Positions 52,666 to 64,000 of a stretch of 64,000 bases of DNA are shown piece by piece (the first letter of the stretch is position 1; each line of letters opens with the position of its first letter). Under the pieces are notes generated by a model. That model was given only the letters and a program-made list of their open reading frames with translations. It was not told the origin of the DNA and made no database searches. This DNA is from Vicugna vicugna (Eukaryota): positions 966,616 through 1,030,615 of the forward strand of contig MU058584.1 in the NCBI GenBank assembly GCA_013265495.1, read 5' to 3'. Both the position numbers and the translations under genes were made by a program.

Positions 52666-53816
52666 TCATGCATGCGGGGTTCGCCACTGTAGACCCTATG
52701 GGTTCAGTTTGAATTAGTCTATGAAGGAGGCAGAAAGAAACTGCTTTTGGTCTTCCTGTAGGCTCTAACATTGGGTGTACTCACGGGGTTCTTCACATTG
52801 GAGCTGATACCTGCTGAGGCAGGGCACAGGCTGCTGGGAAGAGATACAGAATTGTTGGCATTGTTAGGACCCTGGCAAGGAGGACCCTGAGGCCCTTTAG
52901 AATCATACAATACCTAGAAAGGATGTGGGTCCATGCAAGCCTTCACTTCAGGGAGGCAGACATAGACTCTCATCTGAGAGCCTGGAAGTGACCTTGCTGA
53001 CATCAGGTTCTCTTAGAACTGGATTCCCAAATGTCTGTATAGGGGCCTGAATGCAGTGCAATTTTTATTTTAACATGGGTCTTTAGTTTAATATAGAGAA
53101 GATGTGACCTGGAAAATATGACCTACACATAAGCAATACCCAGAGGGGCTGTGCGGCGGGCGAAGCCCAACCAGAAGGTCTGGGCTGTAGTGGCCGTGGG
53201 CAGCTGGGATCCTCGGGGCAGCTCTCCTCTTCCTCAAGCTGCTTTTCAGGATCAAGAGTCAAACATAAGTCATGATTCTTCCTAGTGGTGGTGCTTTCAC
53301 AGTGCAGGAAACACCCTCATCCATCACACCTCATTCTGCAGTTGTTGGAACCAGGCCTTCTGCTTCTCATCCAGACTCCTTCCTGTTCATCACACTGCTT
53401 CCTGGCACACGTTTTCTTGTTATACATTGGAAGTGGGCTTCACACTATCTCGAGCCCGTAGCTTCCTCTTGCCCCTGCTTTTCTCTATACGACACTTCTG
53501 TCTCAAGGGCTTTGGTGGGGGCAGAGACACTGGAGAGGCGTCCCCATATCCGCAGACCCAGACAGTGTGCAGGCTTGGCCTCAGTGATGGGAAGTGGTCC
53601 TCCTTCTTGCAGAAGTAGATGTAAATCAACGGGCTAAGGGAAAAAAAAAATCTCTGAAAACATTTAAACTTAATCCTAACTTATATTAAGTCCTATACAT
53701 ACCTCCTGGAAAAGCAAGAACGATCTTTCTTGCTCCTGTCACCAAAGGGGAAATAAAATAGACCAACTCCACAAAGCAACAAAACGGGATGACAGAAATA
53801 GGATGGCTAACCTTTA

Positions 53817-54289
53817 TTTTATTTACTTATTTATTTTTACTTGATTTTCTTTTGTAGTTCATTTTTCTTTGTTGAGTTATAGTCAGCTTACAATGTTGTG
53901 TCAATTTCCAGTGTAGAGCACAAGTTTTCAGTTATACATGAACATACATATATTCATTGTCACATTCTTTTTCACTGTGAGCTACCGCAAGATCTTGTAT
54001 ATATTTCCCTGTGCTATACAGTATAATCTTGTTTATCTATTCTACATATGCCTGTCAGTATCTACAAATTTCAAACTCCCAGTCTGTCCCTTCCCACACC
54101 CCTTCCGCCTGGCAACCACAAGTTTGTATTCTATGTCTATGAGTCTGTTTCTGTTTTTTATTTATGTTCTTTTTTTTTTTTTTTAGATTCCACTTATGAA
54201 TCTCATATGGTATTTTCTTTCTCTTTCTGGCTTACTTCACTTAGAATGACATTCTTCAGGGACATCGATGTTGCTGCAAATGGCATTAT
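53817..54289 (-). mobile_element. Young 5'-truncated L1 (3' UTR) with perfect 15-bp TSD
   Basis: gatggctaaccttta at 53802-53816 and 54290-54304, T-rich tail, and L1 3' motifs (ttttagattccac, tctggcttacttcacttagaatg, gttgctgcaaatggcatt). Confidence 0.92.
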
Positions 54290-55839
54290 GATGGCTAACC
54301 TTTAGAATCTGACATGACCTATGCAATGTAAGTTTTGAAATAGCCAATGCCTGTGACAAAACAGTAGGGCGAGGACATCAATTTTAAGCTAGGGATGGAG
54401 GCAGGAGGGCTGGACCGCACACAAAATCCAGATGATAGGAGCTATGGTATGCTGCAAGATTTCTCCTGTCAAATTTACACTCATGCCCAGAGTCACGTTG
54501 CTGACTGCTACGTTCAGATGTTTTATCAACCAAACGTGAATCAATCGACATTTGTCACTATCTTGATTTAATTAGCATCATGAAGACAGCATGGTCTTTG
54601 CATCAGATATGTAAGTCTGGGTGAATTTATTAACTAAAAACAATAATACTTGATTCACAGATTTATTTGAGAATTTTATGATAAAATAGATGTGAAAGCT
54701 CCTGGAACTTGGTTACAAAAAAAAAAAAAAAGACAAGGTTAAATTCTTCACCATCCATGAAATATTTAAAAATCTGCAAAGTCAAGAGTGTAATGTAAGA
54801 AGGTATGTTGTAGAAACTGCTTTGGCACTATAAAGTCTTAGGATTCTACAACCAGAATTTGGTATTAAGTTAATAGAAGAGCAACGAGAAGAGGACACAG
54901 AATCAGACTAATTTGATGTCAGTGACCAAGTGGACCAAAGACTGGAGACTATTACCTTGAGCCCAGGGAGCCTTCTTTAATTCTTGAGCAAGCAAAAGGT
55001 AGTTAAACTGGTGGGAAGTGAAAACAAGACAAAGCATTGGTGTTCCTAAGAAGGATGCCCGATGTCAGGATTGGGGAAGAGAATGGACTGCTTACACTGT
55101 CAGTGAACATTTATTGGACCTCATTATGTTCAAGGCATTTGAAATTGCCTTCAAGTTATAGCTTGACAGGAGGTGCAAGGCACGGTCATAGGCACCACAA
55201 AGCAAAGTGCTCAAAGAGAAGCACTGCAGAAATTCGGATGGCTTAGGGCTGAATGAATTAAGGAGATTTACCGAGAAGGTGACATTTGAGATAGTCCTTA
55301 AAGCAGGTCCTGCAGATTATGGGTTGTATATTTGCTAACAATATGAAAGAAAAGAGAAACTGCACATGGTAAGAATAAGTATTGTTTTTCTGGGATTTTT
55401 GTTTGAGTGTGTGTACTATAGGTCCAAATGTGCATTTCTTATTGTGATTCATGGTCAAAAATGTTTGAAAGCCATGGCCTTAGAAGAAGATAGGATTTGG
55501 AAATGTTTCTTTGAGCTCCTGTCCTTTGCACTTAGCTATGTCATTTCTTCAGCTACTCTTGTGTTCCTATTGTCTCTTTCTTGTCCTCCCAACTCTAATT
55601 TGAACTGCAAAACCCAGGTTAGGCACTGCCTCTTTCCATGAGATTTTTCTTGACTCTCTCATACTCTCCATCTCTGCTCTAGTGTGGATTGAAAGCTTCC
55701 TCACCATGTTCCCAGCTGAACCCTGTGCTTACATATTTCATAGCACTTAGCATATTATATAGCAATTGTTTTTTCTTACCTGTCTACCTCCACCCTCATA
55801 ATGAGCTTCCTGGGGTCAGAGCCTGTGTCTCATTCAGCT

Positions 55840-56010
55840 GAGGCTCGCCTTGTCAGTGTGTAACCTCTGTAATCAGAAGGCTCTGTAATTAGAAAAGCCC
55901 TGTGCTTGTAATGCTCTGCTGTCACTATCTTGAAATTTTTAATAATTTTAAAACTGAGAGCCTGATTTTTCATTTTATATGGGGCCTACAAATCATGTAG
56001 CCCGTTCTGT
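55840..56010 (+). mobile_element. MER45A-like hAT MITE within L2 sequence
   Basis: taatgctctgctgtcactatcttgaaatttttaataatt...ttttcattttatatggggcctacaaatcatgtagcc. Confidence 0.7.
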
Positions 56011-56964
56011 TCTAGCCTGGTCAGCAGTGCAAGACAACCCCAAATGAATGAATAAGTAAACTAAGGGCCATTATTTATTGAGGACCTACGGTGTTAGCCT
56101 GGGCACTGAGCCGAGACTGGTCATATTCATTGCACCATTCAACTTCTGCAGAATGAGATAACATTCTGTAACACCAGTAGAAGGAATGGTATGTGAGCAA
56201 AGACAGCTGTGCAAGGAAAGTAGGGGACATAGGTTAGTTCAATTTGGTAGAAAGAGAAGGCATTAGTGGAAGATAGATCTGGAAAGTAGATTAAGACCAG
56301 ATTGTGGATGGAGAGCTAAAAAGCCAAGGAACATTTTTGAGTAATAAGATGTGGGCATGAAGAAGAGTATTGGAGCTGCTTAATAGCTATTTAGCTCCAG
56401 ATGAGTAAATGGAAAGCCTATTCATCATTTCAAAATGAAAATTTTGAAGGACTCCACAAAATCAGGCTAGAATGCATTTCATGCGTCTCTCCATAATTGT
56501 GTCAAAATCAAATATCATAAATCAAACTGATTTTAAAAATCAAATATTTCTAATGCACTAAGAGAAATGGTTATTTCAAAGAACCCTTATTTAAAAATCA
56601 GTAATCAATTTGATTTACAACTGTGGAAAGTTATTTCTTAAAATATGTTCACCCATGATTAGGAAGTAGGTGATACAGAATAAATTAGGTTATTTGTGAA
56701 ATACTAATGTTCAGTTTCATAAAGAAAAAAGGCAAAGACTGCTGTAAGCACATTCATATTGGAAATAGTGTCAGAACATTTCCAGGTAAGGAGAAGAGGT
56801 GTCTCTGGTAGAGAGAGGTGGGACTGGAGCCTAGTCACTCAGCATGTGATTTCACTACACAGCTCAGTGAAAGAGCAAACCATATAGACATGTTGGCATA
56901 ACTCCTGAGACAAATAAATGGAATTGGATCTTTCAAGGACTAATCTAGCCCCAATTCCTCCTTT

Positions 56965-57057
56965 TTTTTTCTTTTTAAATGGAGGTACCAGGAATTGAAC
57001 CCAGGACCTCGTGCATGCTAAGCGTGCACTCTACCTCTGAGTGATACCTGCATCCCT
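56965..57057 (-). mobile_element. tRNA-derived SINE (camelid Vic-1-like) inserted in a MIR
   Basis: aaatggaggtaccaggaattgaacccaggacctcgtgcatgctaagc. Flanking duplication ttcctccttt at 56955-56964 and 57063-57072. Confidence 0.85.
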
Positions 57058-57729
57058 CTAACTTCCTCCTTTGACAGATGACAAAACCAGGTAACAGGAA
57101 GATACACACCTGGCCTGGGCTCACATAGTCATTCAGTGATCAATTCAACCAAGGCTGATCGCACTGAATTCTGAAGATTGCTGCTAACTTCCAGTTTTCT
57201 CGGTACAAGATGCTTTTCTTCCAGTGATTGATGTTGATCACGATCTCCAACATTGCCTTGAAAATAATAAAAACTTGAACTTCTAAGTTCACCCATATGT
57301 AGTGTGTGTGTGTTTTTGCCTTCTTTTCTCTGCCACAATGGAATCTAAAATAGAACAAATAGGTTTTAGATATTCAAACTGTGCCTCGCTATCAATTTAT
57401 GACTATCCCTATCTAGACATGCTGTATATCAAATATCTAAATAGAGATCAGAGTCAGCTTTCATTTCTTGTTGCTAGTAGGTAAGTAAATAGAAGGGGAA
57501 AAAAAGCAAGAGGAAAAAATAGAAGGAGAAAAAATACCATTTGCTTAAAGTAAACTAGCTTTTATTATGCCCCTGTGAGATAAGGAAAGAGCATGTTTAG
57601 AAGGTTGCTCTGGTGATAAGTCTTGCACAGGAGGTTAGAGTTTATAAGAGATAGGATAGGTGAGGCGTAGATTTCATGCCTAACCTTGGTAGGTTGCATG
57701 CAGCTTCTTCAGCAAATGTTATCTGACAA

Positions 57730-58100
57730 ATTCAAACCAATATTTTTTGAGTACTTAGAATGTTCTGAGCCTTATGCCAGGAATTGGTGTTATGGAGTAA
57801 AAGAGGTGTAATTCCTGTCTTTAGGAACTCACAGTGTAGTAGGAAAGACAGCAGTAAATAAACATTATAATATTGGTGTGTAAGTGTTATGATAAACATG
57901 ACCCTTGAATAGAATGCAGAGGAAAAAAACCTGTTCCTCGCATTGGAAATCTGAGAAGGCTTCCTGGAGGAAGAGATGACTGTGTGATGTGGGGATGGAG
58001 GGAGGACAGGAAAAGGTTTGAAGAAGGAAAGTGTACCAGACAGAAGAACAGCATATGCAAAGGCATGGAGGCATAGAGGCCTCTGCACATCCACCTCTGT
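57730..58100 (-). mobile_element. L2 3' fragment (further pieces at about 59240-59600 and 60645-60900)
   Basis: ttcaaaccaatattttttgagtac...gaaggcttcctggaggaagagatgac...gaagaacagcatatgcaaaggcatggag. Confidence 0.7.
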
Positions 58101-61100
58101 AGCCAGAAAAATCCCAACATGTTTCCCATCCATTTGTCTCCTGTGGTAAAACAAAGTGATTCCCCACACCTTCCTGAGTCTGTAAATTTTACAAGATTCA
58201 GTAGAATGTTTTAGAAGACTGCACTATTGAAAATATAGAGTCACAGAAAAATATAAAGCCAGGAGTGAAGAGATCTGCTTTATAGACCTCATCATTTATG
58301 TGATCTTGGACGAGTCATTAATCTCTTCAGGCTAAGTCTTCTTATCTGTTAAATGGAGACAATAATGCCTGCCTACATGACAGACGCCTCAAGCTAGTCA
58401 GGACTGGTGGACTACAAAGTGCTGTATAACCTAATAATTTTACATACACACACACGCATGCATACATGGGCACACACATAATTGTATAGCTCATTAAATA
58501 TTAAATAGACAAAATAATTCTTATGGCCCAAATGTTCTTCTCACAAATTGAGACTAGATGTCCTCCACTTTGCTGCCCACACAATCAACCGGAAACATAA
58601 ATCCAATCTGTTTCTCTACTTATAAGTCTTTCCATGACTCCCCTTAGCCTATCAATGTCCAGACCTCTGAATATGCAAGGCAAGACTCCAGATCAGTTTC
58701 TTTGTTACTTTTTAGTTTAATCGCCCACAATTTGCTTTGTACTACAGGAATACCAAGAGACCAGATTCCTCTTTCTCCTCCTTCTTTTCCTCCTCCTTGG
58801 TCTTCTTCCCTTTATGGTAAGTATTTGATCAAATACTACTTCATGACATTTTTATTCATCAGATTATCCTCAAAAGTATACTTATAAAACTTGATAATAG
58901 GAGAGTTAGAATTTAGAAGGTAATTCTACGTTTGGATCGTAATGGTGCAGCTGGCTTCAAGTCATACATTTTATGAAGACTGATAGATTGCTTACACTTG
59001 AGTAGCCAAGAACCTAAAGGATTTAACTCTCAGTGAGAGTCAGGACTCTATCCATTTGCCCTCATGAATGAAGGGTCCAATGACCATCTCTCCGGGCCAG
59101 ACTGAAGGAACAGAAAATGCCAAGAAGACTCATCAAAGGCTATGTATTAGTAAAGAGAAGCTGTATCCTAGGCTAGTTATCTCTACTTCAAAGCCTGTGC
59201 TCTTACATACTGACTGATGTATGGAGGATGGACAGTAGAGAAGGAATTGGTCACACAAAGTAGTTAAGAGGCTTTTCCAATGGTCTGCATGAGAGACAAT
59301 GGTATCTACGTTGGTAACAGTGAGGTTGAAGAGAGGTAGACAGATTAAGGACAGATTTTAAAAGTAGAGTGGACAAAACTTTATCATGTTTTGGATATGA
59401 AGGGTTAGGTGATGAAGGAAAAGAGCAATTAATTCTGAATTCTAGATTTCTGGCTTGAGCAACCCAAGTGGATAATGTATTGTGAAAAATGGGGAAATTT
59501 TAGAAAGAAAGAATTTTGGCCAGGGTGGGAGGGGTGTAAGGAGGAAATGTGTTTTGGCCTTTGTTACATTTTTAGATGCTTGTCATATATACAGGTGAAA
59601 TGGCAAGTCAGCAGAAAGATAATGATCAATATAACGTTCTTATCAAACTCCCAGGTCAAATTTGTTGCAAAACGCAATCCTAGATAATAAAACATTGATA
59701 TGGAGTTCGAACTTTTGGGATAGGACAAGTACATTTTGGAGAACATCTATTAAAATGTACGATTTGGGCTCTTAGAGAAGTCAGTGGTAAGACTTTCCTT
59801 CTGACAATAGTTTTAGTACAAGAGGTTGAGTCTTTATTCTGGTTCTCTGGACAAGACAAGGTAAGAGGATTTCAGATATCTTCTTTGAGGCTTCTTCTGG
59901 GTTTATTCCCTCACATAGGAAACTTTATTCCAAATTCCAGGAGCCTGAATAAAGGTTACTTATACTGATATTTATTTTGCCTATTGTCTTAGATGACCTC
60001 CAGTGATCCAACTGGTAAACCTATCTGCTCTTTATAGTAGTATTTTAAATAAAAAGTGTATTCTAAATTCCAAACAACCCATTTAAATAACCTTTGGGAA
60101 AATGGATAGTGAATCAGAGACTGCTTGTACTTTTGTTTTTGTTACTTCTCAATACAATTTTCAGTTGGGAGAAAGTTTCAGGAAAGAGAATATACTGAAG
60201 GGACACTGCTGTGTATCTAGACAGAATTTTAATTGGAATGTGAATCATATTTGGATAGCAAAGTAGAACTTGATATGACCCAGATTCTCAGGAACACCTG
60301 TGTTGGAAATTTTAAAAGTGAGAGTCTCCGTGTCCCAGCATTGCACATCTGCAGGGCCACCACTCACTGTGTATCCTGTGAGAATTGTATCTCCTGGAGT
60401 TGTGCAGTATGGAGGCCACGGGGATGCTCAAAATGCCATTATACAAATGGTACGTATGTGAAGTACCAGAGAGACATATTTAGGATGGAATTTAGAATCA
60501 GACAAGCTTGGGTTTCAGTCATGTTTTGCCATTTACTAGTAATTTGCCTAACCTTTATGAATTTCAGTTTCCTTACCTATAAAATGAAGACGCTAAAAAT
60601 CTATCTTATTAGATTAGTTTTTTGTTGTTGTCGATTTGTGCATTAATTTATTCAACATCTACATCTACTATGTACCAGCACGTGCTCAGTGTGAGGCTTA
60701 CAAAGGTAAATAATGCAGATATGCTCCTCTCATAGATCTGGATGGGAGAGAACACATAAGCAGGTGCCATGAAGTAAAGTAATTTCCCCACTAAAGAGAA
60801 AAGGGATTCAAGTCCACAGCAGGGAGACCTACATAAGCCTGGAGGTTGGTGTTCTGAAAAGGCCACCTAGAGATGTGAAAGATGGAGTTGGACAGATAAG
60901 GAATAGATGCAGGGAGAACATATATCCTGTTATTTTCCCCTTCAATTTAGTCACTGATGCCCTGTTGTTTCCCTCTTCCCAACATTTCTTCCTTCTGCAG
61001 ATAGAATACTCTTAGGCAATCAGGCAATAAATCTCATGGCATGGTCTCTAAGTAATAAAGAGTCCATCTTTTTTAGCTGGTTCTTCCTGAGAATTCTCCA

Positions 61101-61202
61101 AGGATAAGTTGGTTGCCTTTTCCTTTTCTGTCTTCAGATGAGCCAAACTGACTCCGACTTTTACCAATGATCTCCGTATTGGTGATCTGTCAGTCTATAT
61201 AG

Positions 61203-61408
61203 GAGTGGTTCTCAGGTAGGGGTGATTTTCCCTTCTGGGGGACATTTTGCAACATCTAAAGACATTTTTGATTATTATTACAATTGGTAGCTAGTGTGTA
61301 GAGGCCAGAGAATCTGCTAAACATCCTGCAATACACAGAAAAGCCCACAACAATAAAGAAATTATCCAGCCCAAAATGTCAATAGTGCCAAGGTTGAAAA
61401 ACCTGCTC
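61203..61408 (+). mobile_element. MER20 hAT-Charlie element, near full length
   Basis: agtggttctc...ggggacattttgcaacatctaaagacatttttg...cagcccaaaatgtcaatagtgccaaggttgaaaaacctg. Confidence 0.85.
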
Positions 61409-62179
61409 TACAGGCCCCCTCAATCAAGAGCCATTCTTTAGCTTCACCTGCATCTAAGACAGTTCTATCTGAATTTTACTCAGAACCAAACCCAGCTTAC
61501 TTTTCTTTTTAGATCAATGGTAATAAAAGAAACTTTCACTTGTAGAGTGACCCAGATGTCTTCTGGGAAGACCTGTTCTGCAAGAGCCAGATAATATGAT
61601 TTTTACCCATAGTCTGTTGAATACATAGCCTTCTTTCCCAGATTTCTGTAAGTACCTAGGGGCTTTTACTCTCATATTCCTCTGTTGCCTGCTTTTTTGT
61701 CCTTAAAATTTCGGCCTGCTTCACTTTACCTCAGTCTAGACTTGACACTCAGTCTCTGAACTGGTTTATTACCCCCAAAGGCACTCATATCAGACATTTT
61801 TGGATTTATCACCCTTTCTGAGAAATCTTAGAGAGGGTACCATTTCTCATTCTTTTCTCTCTCCTATCTTTGTTCCCATCCTATTCCTCTTGAGTCCCCA
61901 AGAACTCCAGGTTCGTTTCTCTGTATTGAAAAAGCAACTTCCTCCTTATCTGAACCTGTGGCATCCACTGCTCCCTGAAGAGCTGGTGGGGGTGATGGTG
62001 AAGGTTTTGAGACTTTCCAACTACAACTAACACTTTTCAAGACTTTTTTCAAAATGGGATAGTGGTATCTGTGGGATAATTCTTAGTATTTAAAATCTCC
62101 TTGTTTTTTAAAAAAATATTTGTTATTTTTACATTAATTTAAAAATTTTTGGAATGTTTCATACCCGTGAGATTGAAAA

Positions 62180-62600
62180 TTGTGTTAGTTAGTGTATAGA
62201 GAACACAAAACAGAGAAGTAAATTCACAGTGGTTGAAACAAAATTAGTTTTCTCACTTTTAAACATCTAAGCTAGTATGGCAGCTCCATTCTGAGAAAAT
62301 CAGAGGCCCAGGGTCCCTCTTTTGGTTACTCTGTCATTCCTGGGGTGTAGCTCTTGTCTTCACAGTCTGAGATGGCTCTCTAACACATCCCATTATGCAG
62401 GGGAAAGGGGAGAGGTAAGAGAGGACCCCACCTTTACTTTAAGGGCAGAACTTGAAAGTTGCAACATCACTTCCATTTCTATTCCATTGGCCAAGACTTA
62501 GTCATATGACCACTCCTAGGGGTTATGAGGGCTGGAGAGTATAATCTATATTCTGACTGATCATGTGTGTAGAAACATCAAGACCCCTCTTCATTGGAAG
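62180..62600 (-). mobile_element. Old MLT1 (MLT1J/K-like) LTR
   Basis: catcacttccatttctattccattggccaagacttagtcatatgaccac...gagggctggagagtataatct is a typical old-MLT1 motif. Confidence 0.65.
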
Positions 62601-63094
62601 AAGACAAGGATGGACATAGTGTGGCAATAGCAATATCTATCTCAGAGGGGACTTGATTTCAGAAAAAGTACCAGGCTGAAAACAAGGGAGATACCTGTGT
62701 TTTTTATCCCTTTTTTCTGTTCCTTCTGTTTTCTTGATTATTATAACATATCTCCCCTATGTTCTTGCTACAATCCTAATTCAGGACCCCTTTCTGATCA
62801 GACTGTATTAATGCAGTCAGTTTCTACCAGTCTCCCAAATATAATTGTACTGTCTTGCTCCTTGGGTCAAACCCTGGTCTTGAGTCAAACGTTTATCTCA
62901 GCAACAAAGGCCTTTCAACTTCTCACCTCCACTCTCCAGCTTTAATTCTCTTTGTTAACATGTTTCTTGAGTACACTGTCTTAAAGCATTTTCTTCTCCC
63001 TTTTCTTAGTTATTCCAGACTAGTGACATGTCTCTTCTCTGAATTCTAATAACAAGTGAATTTTGCACCACGGGATTTACACTTGACAACTTAT

Positions 63095-63166
63095 GTGTAG
63101 ATGTATATGTATGTATAATATGCATGTGTGTATGTGTGTGCGCATGTGTGTTTGTGCATGTGTGTG
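63095..63166. repeat. Imperfect (TG)n/(TATG)n microsatellite
   Basis: Directly visible. Confidence 0.8.
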
Positions 63167-64000
63167 TTGCTGGGTGTGGGGGGAGGGGACCTTGTTATGA
63201 ATAACTTTAACCTATAGACACAGGGACATTATCAAGCATTCCTGGGATGAAGGCATCAAGAATTTATACTGGAAGGGAAACTAATTAGAAAAACAGTAAT
63301 CAGAGGAATTGCTCTTAGAATTTCAAGTGCACTAGAAAAAGAGAGAAGAAATAAGTTACATGCAAAAGACAAAAAGAAAAATTGATTAGCTGAAAAACTG
63401 AGTTCAAAAGGGAGAAGTAAGAAAAGAGGTTGAAGCATTGAGAGAGGAAGTCACTAATGGGTCTTATGGTCAAAATTGAGGTACTGAGTTTGATACTCCT
63501 GGCTTTGGGAATCTGCCACATAGCTTGGACATGCTTGTGACATGGGAAGATAGACTGTTAAAAGATTGTTTTACTCTTTGCATATAATACAGGAAAAAAG
63601 AGAGTGACTAGAACCTCGGTGATTGCTTGGGAAGTCTTCCTTAATCTCTCCCAATTAATGATGATGGTGATGGTCTTTTTTGTTTTTGTTTTTTGATAAC
63701 TGGCTATGTGCTCTGCTCTGATCTAGGTACTTCACATAGATTTACCTCTTGAATATTCCCGTTTACTTTATGAAATATTACCTGTCATCGTATTCATTTT
63801 ACAGACAAGGAGACTGAGGTTCAGAGAGGCTAAATAATTCTCTGAAGGACAAACAAGTGGCAGGGCCAGCATTTGATCAAGGTGTCTGTGACTTCTCAGC
63901 CCTTCAGCTTTCGCTTTTATCTTGGTACTTTTCACCATCCTCCCTATGACTTGGTAGCAAGGGCACAGCCAGCTAGAATATTCTTTTTGGCACAGCTTCC

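Noticed and set aside
1..64000. CRISPR array, operon, defence island or other novel multi-gene system
   Set aside because: The sequence is eukaryotic with spliced genes and mammalian repeats. I saw no regularly spaced direct repeats, no long intact ORFs and no gene cluster.

Overview
Mammalian genomic DNA, most likely camelid (two tRNA-derived SINEs resembling camelid Vic-1, plus matching young L1 3' ends). The left end is syntenic with the human HSD17B7-CCDC190 locus. It holds a frameshifted copy of the HSD17B7 terminal exon (+, 1605-1772) and a complete spliced CCDC190 (C1orf110) CDS on the minus strand: join(11376-11562, 6758-6881, 5943-6471), 840 nt, 279 aa. The remaining ~50 kb has no recognisable coding exons and is dominated by interspersed repeats (L1, L2, MIR, MaLR/ERV LTRs, Tigger and hAT elements). 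I did not find a new biological system. The most notable points are the multiply lesioned HSD17B7 last-exon copy, signs of erosion in CCDC190 (premature stop with a fossil tail, two atypical splice acceptors), a convergent CTCF motif pair bracketing CCDC190, and several young or nested insertions with intact target-site duplications. Homology and repeat-family calls come from recall of consensus sequences, not from searches.
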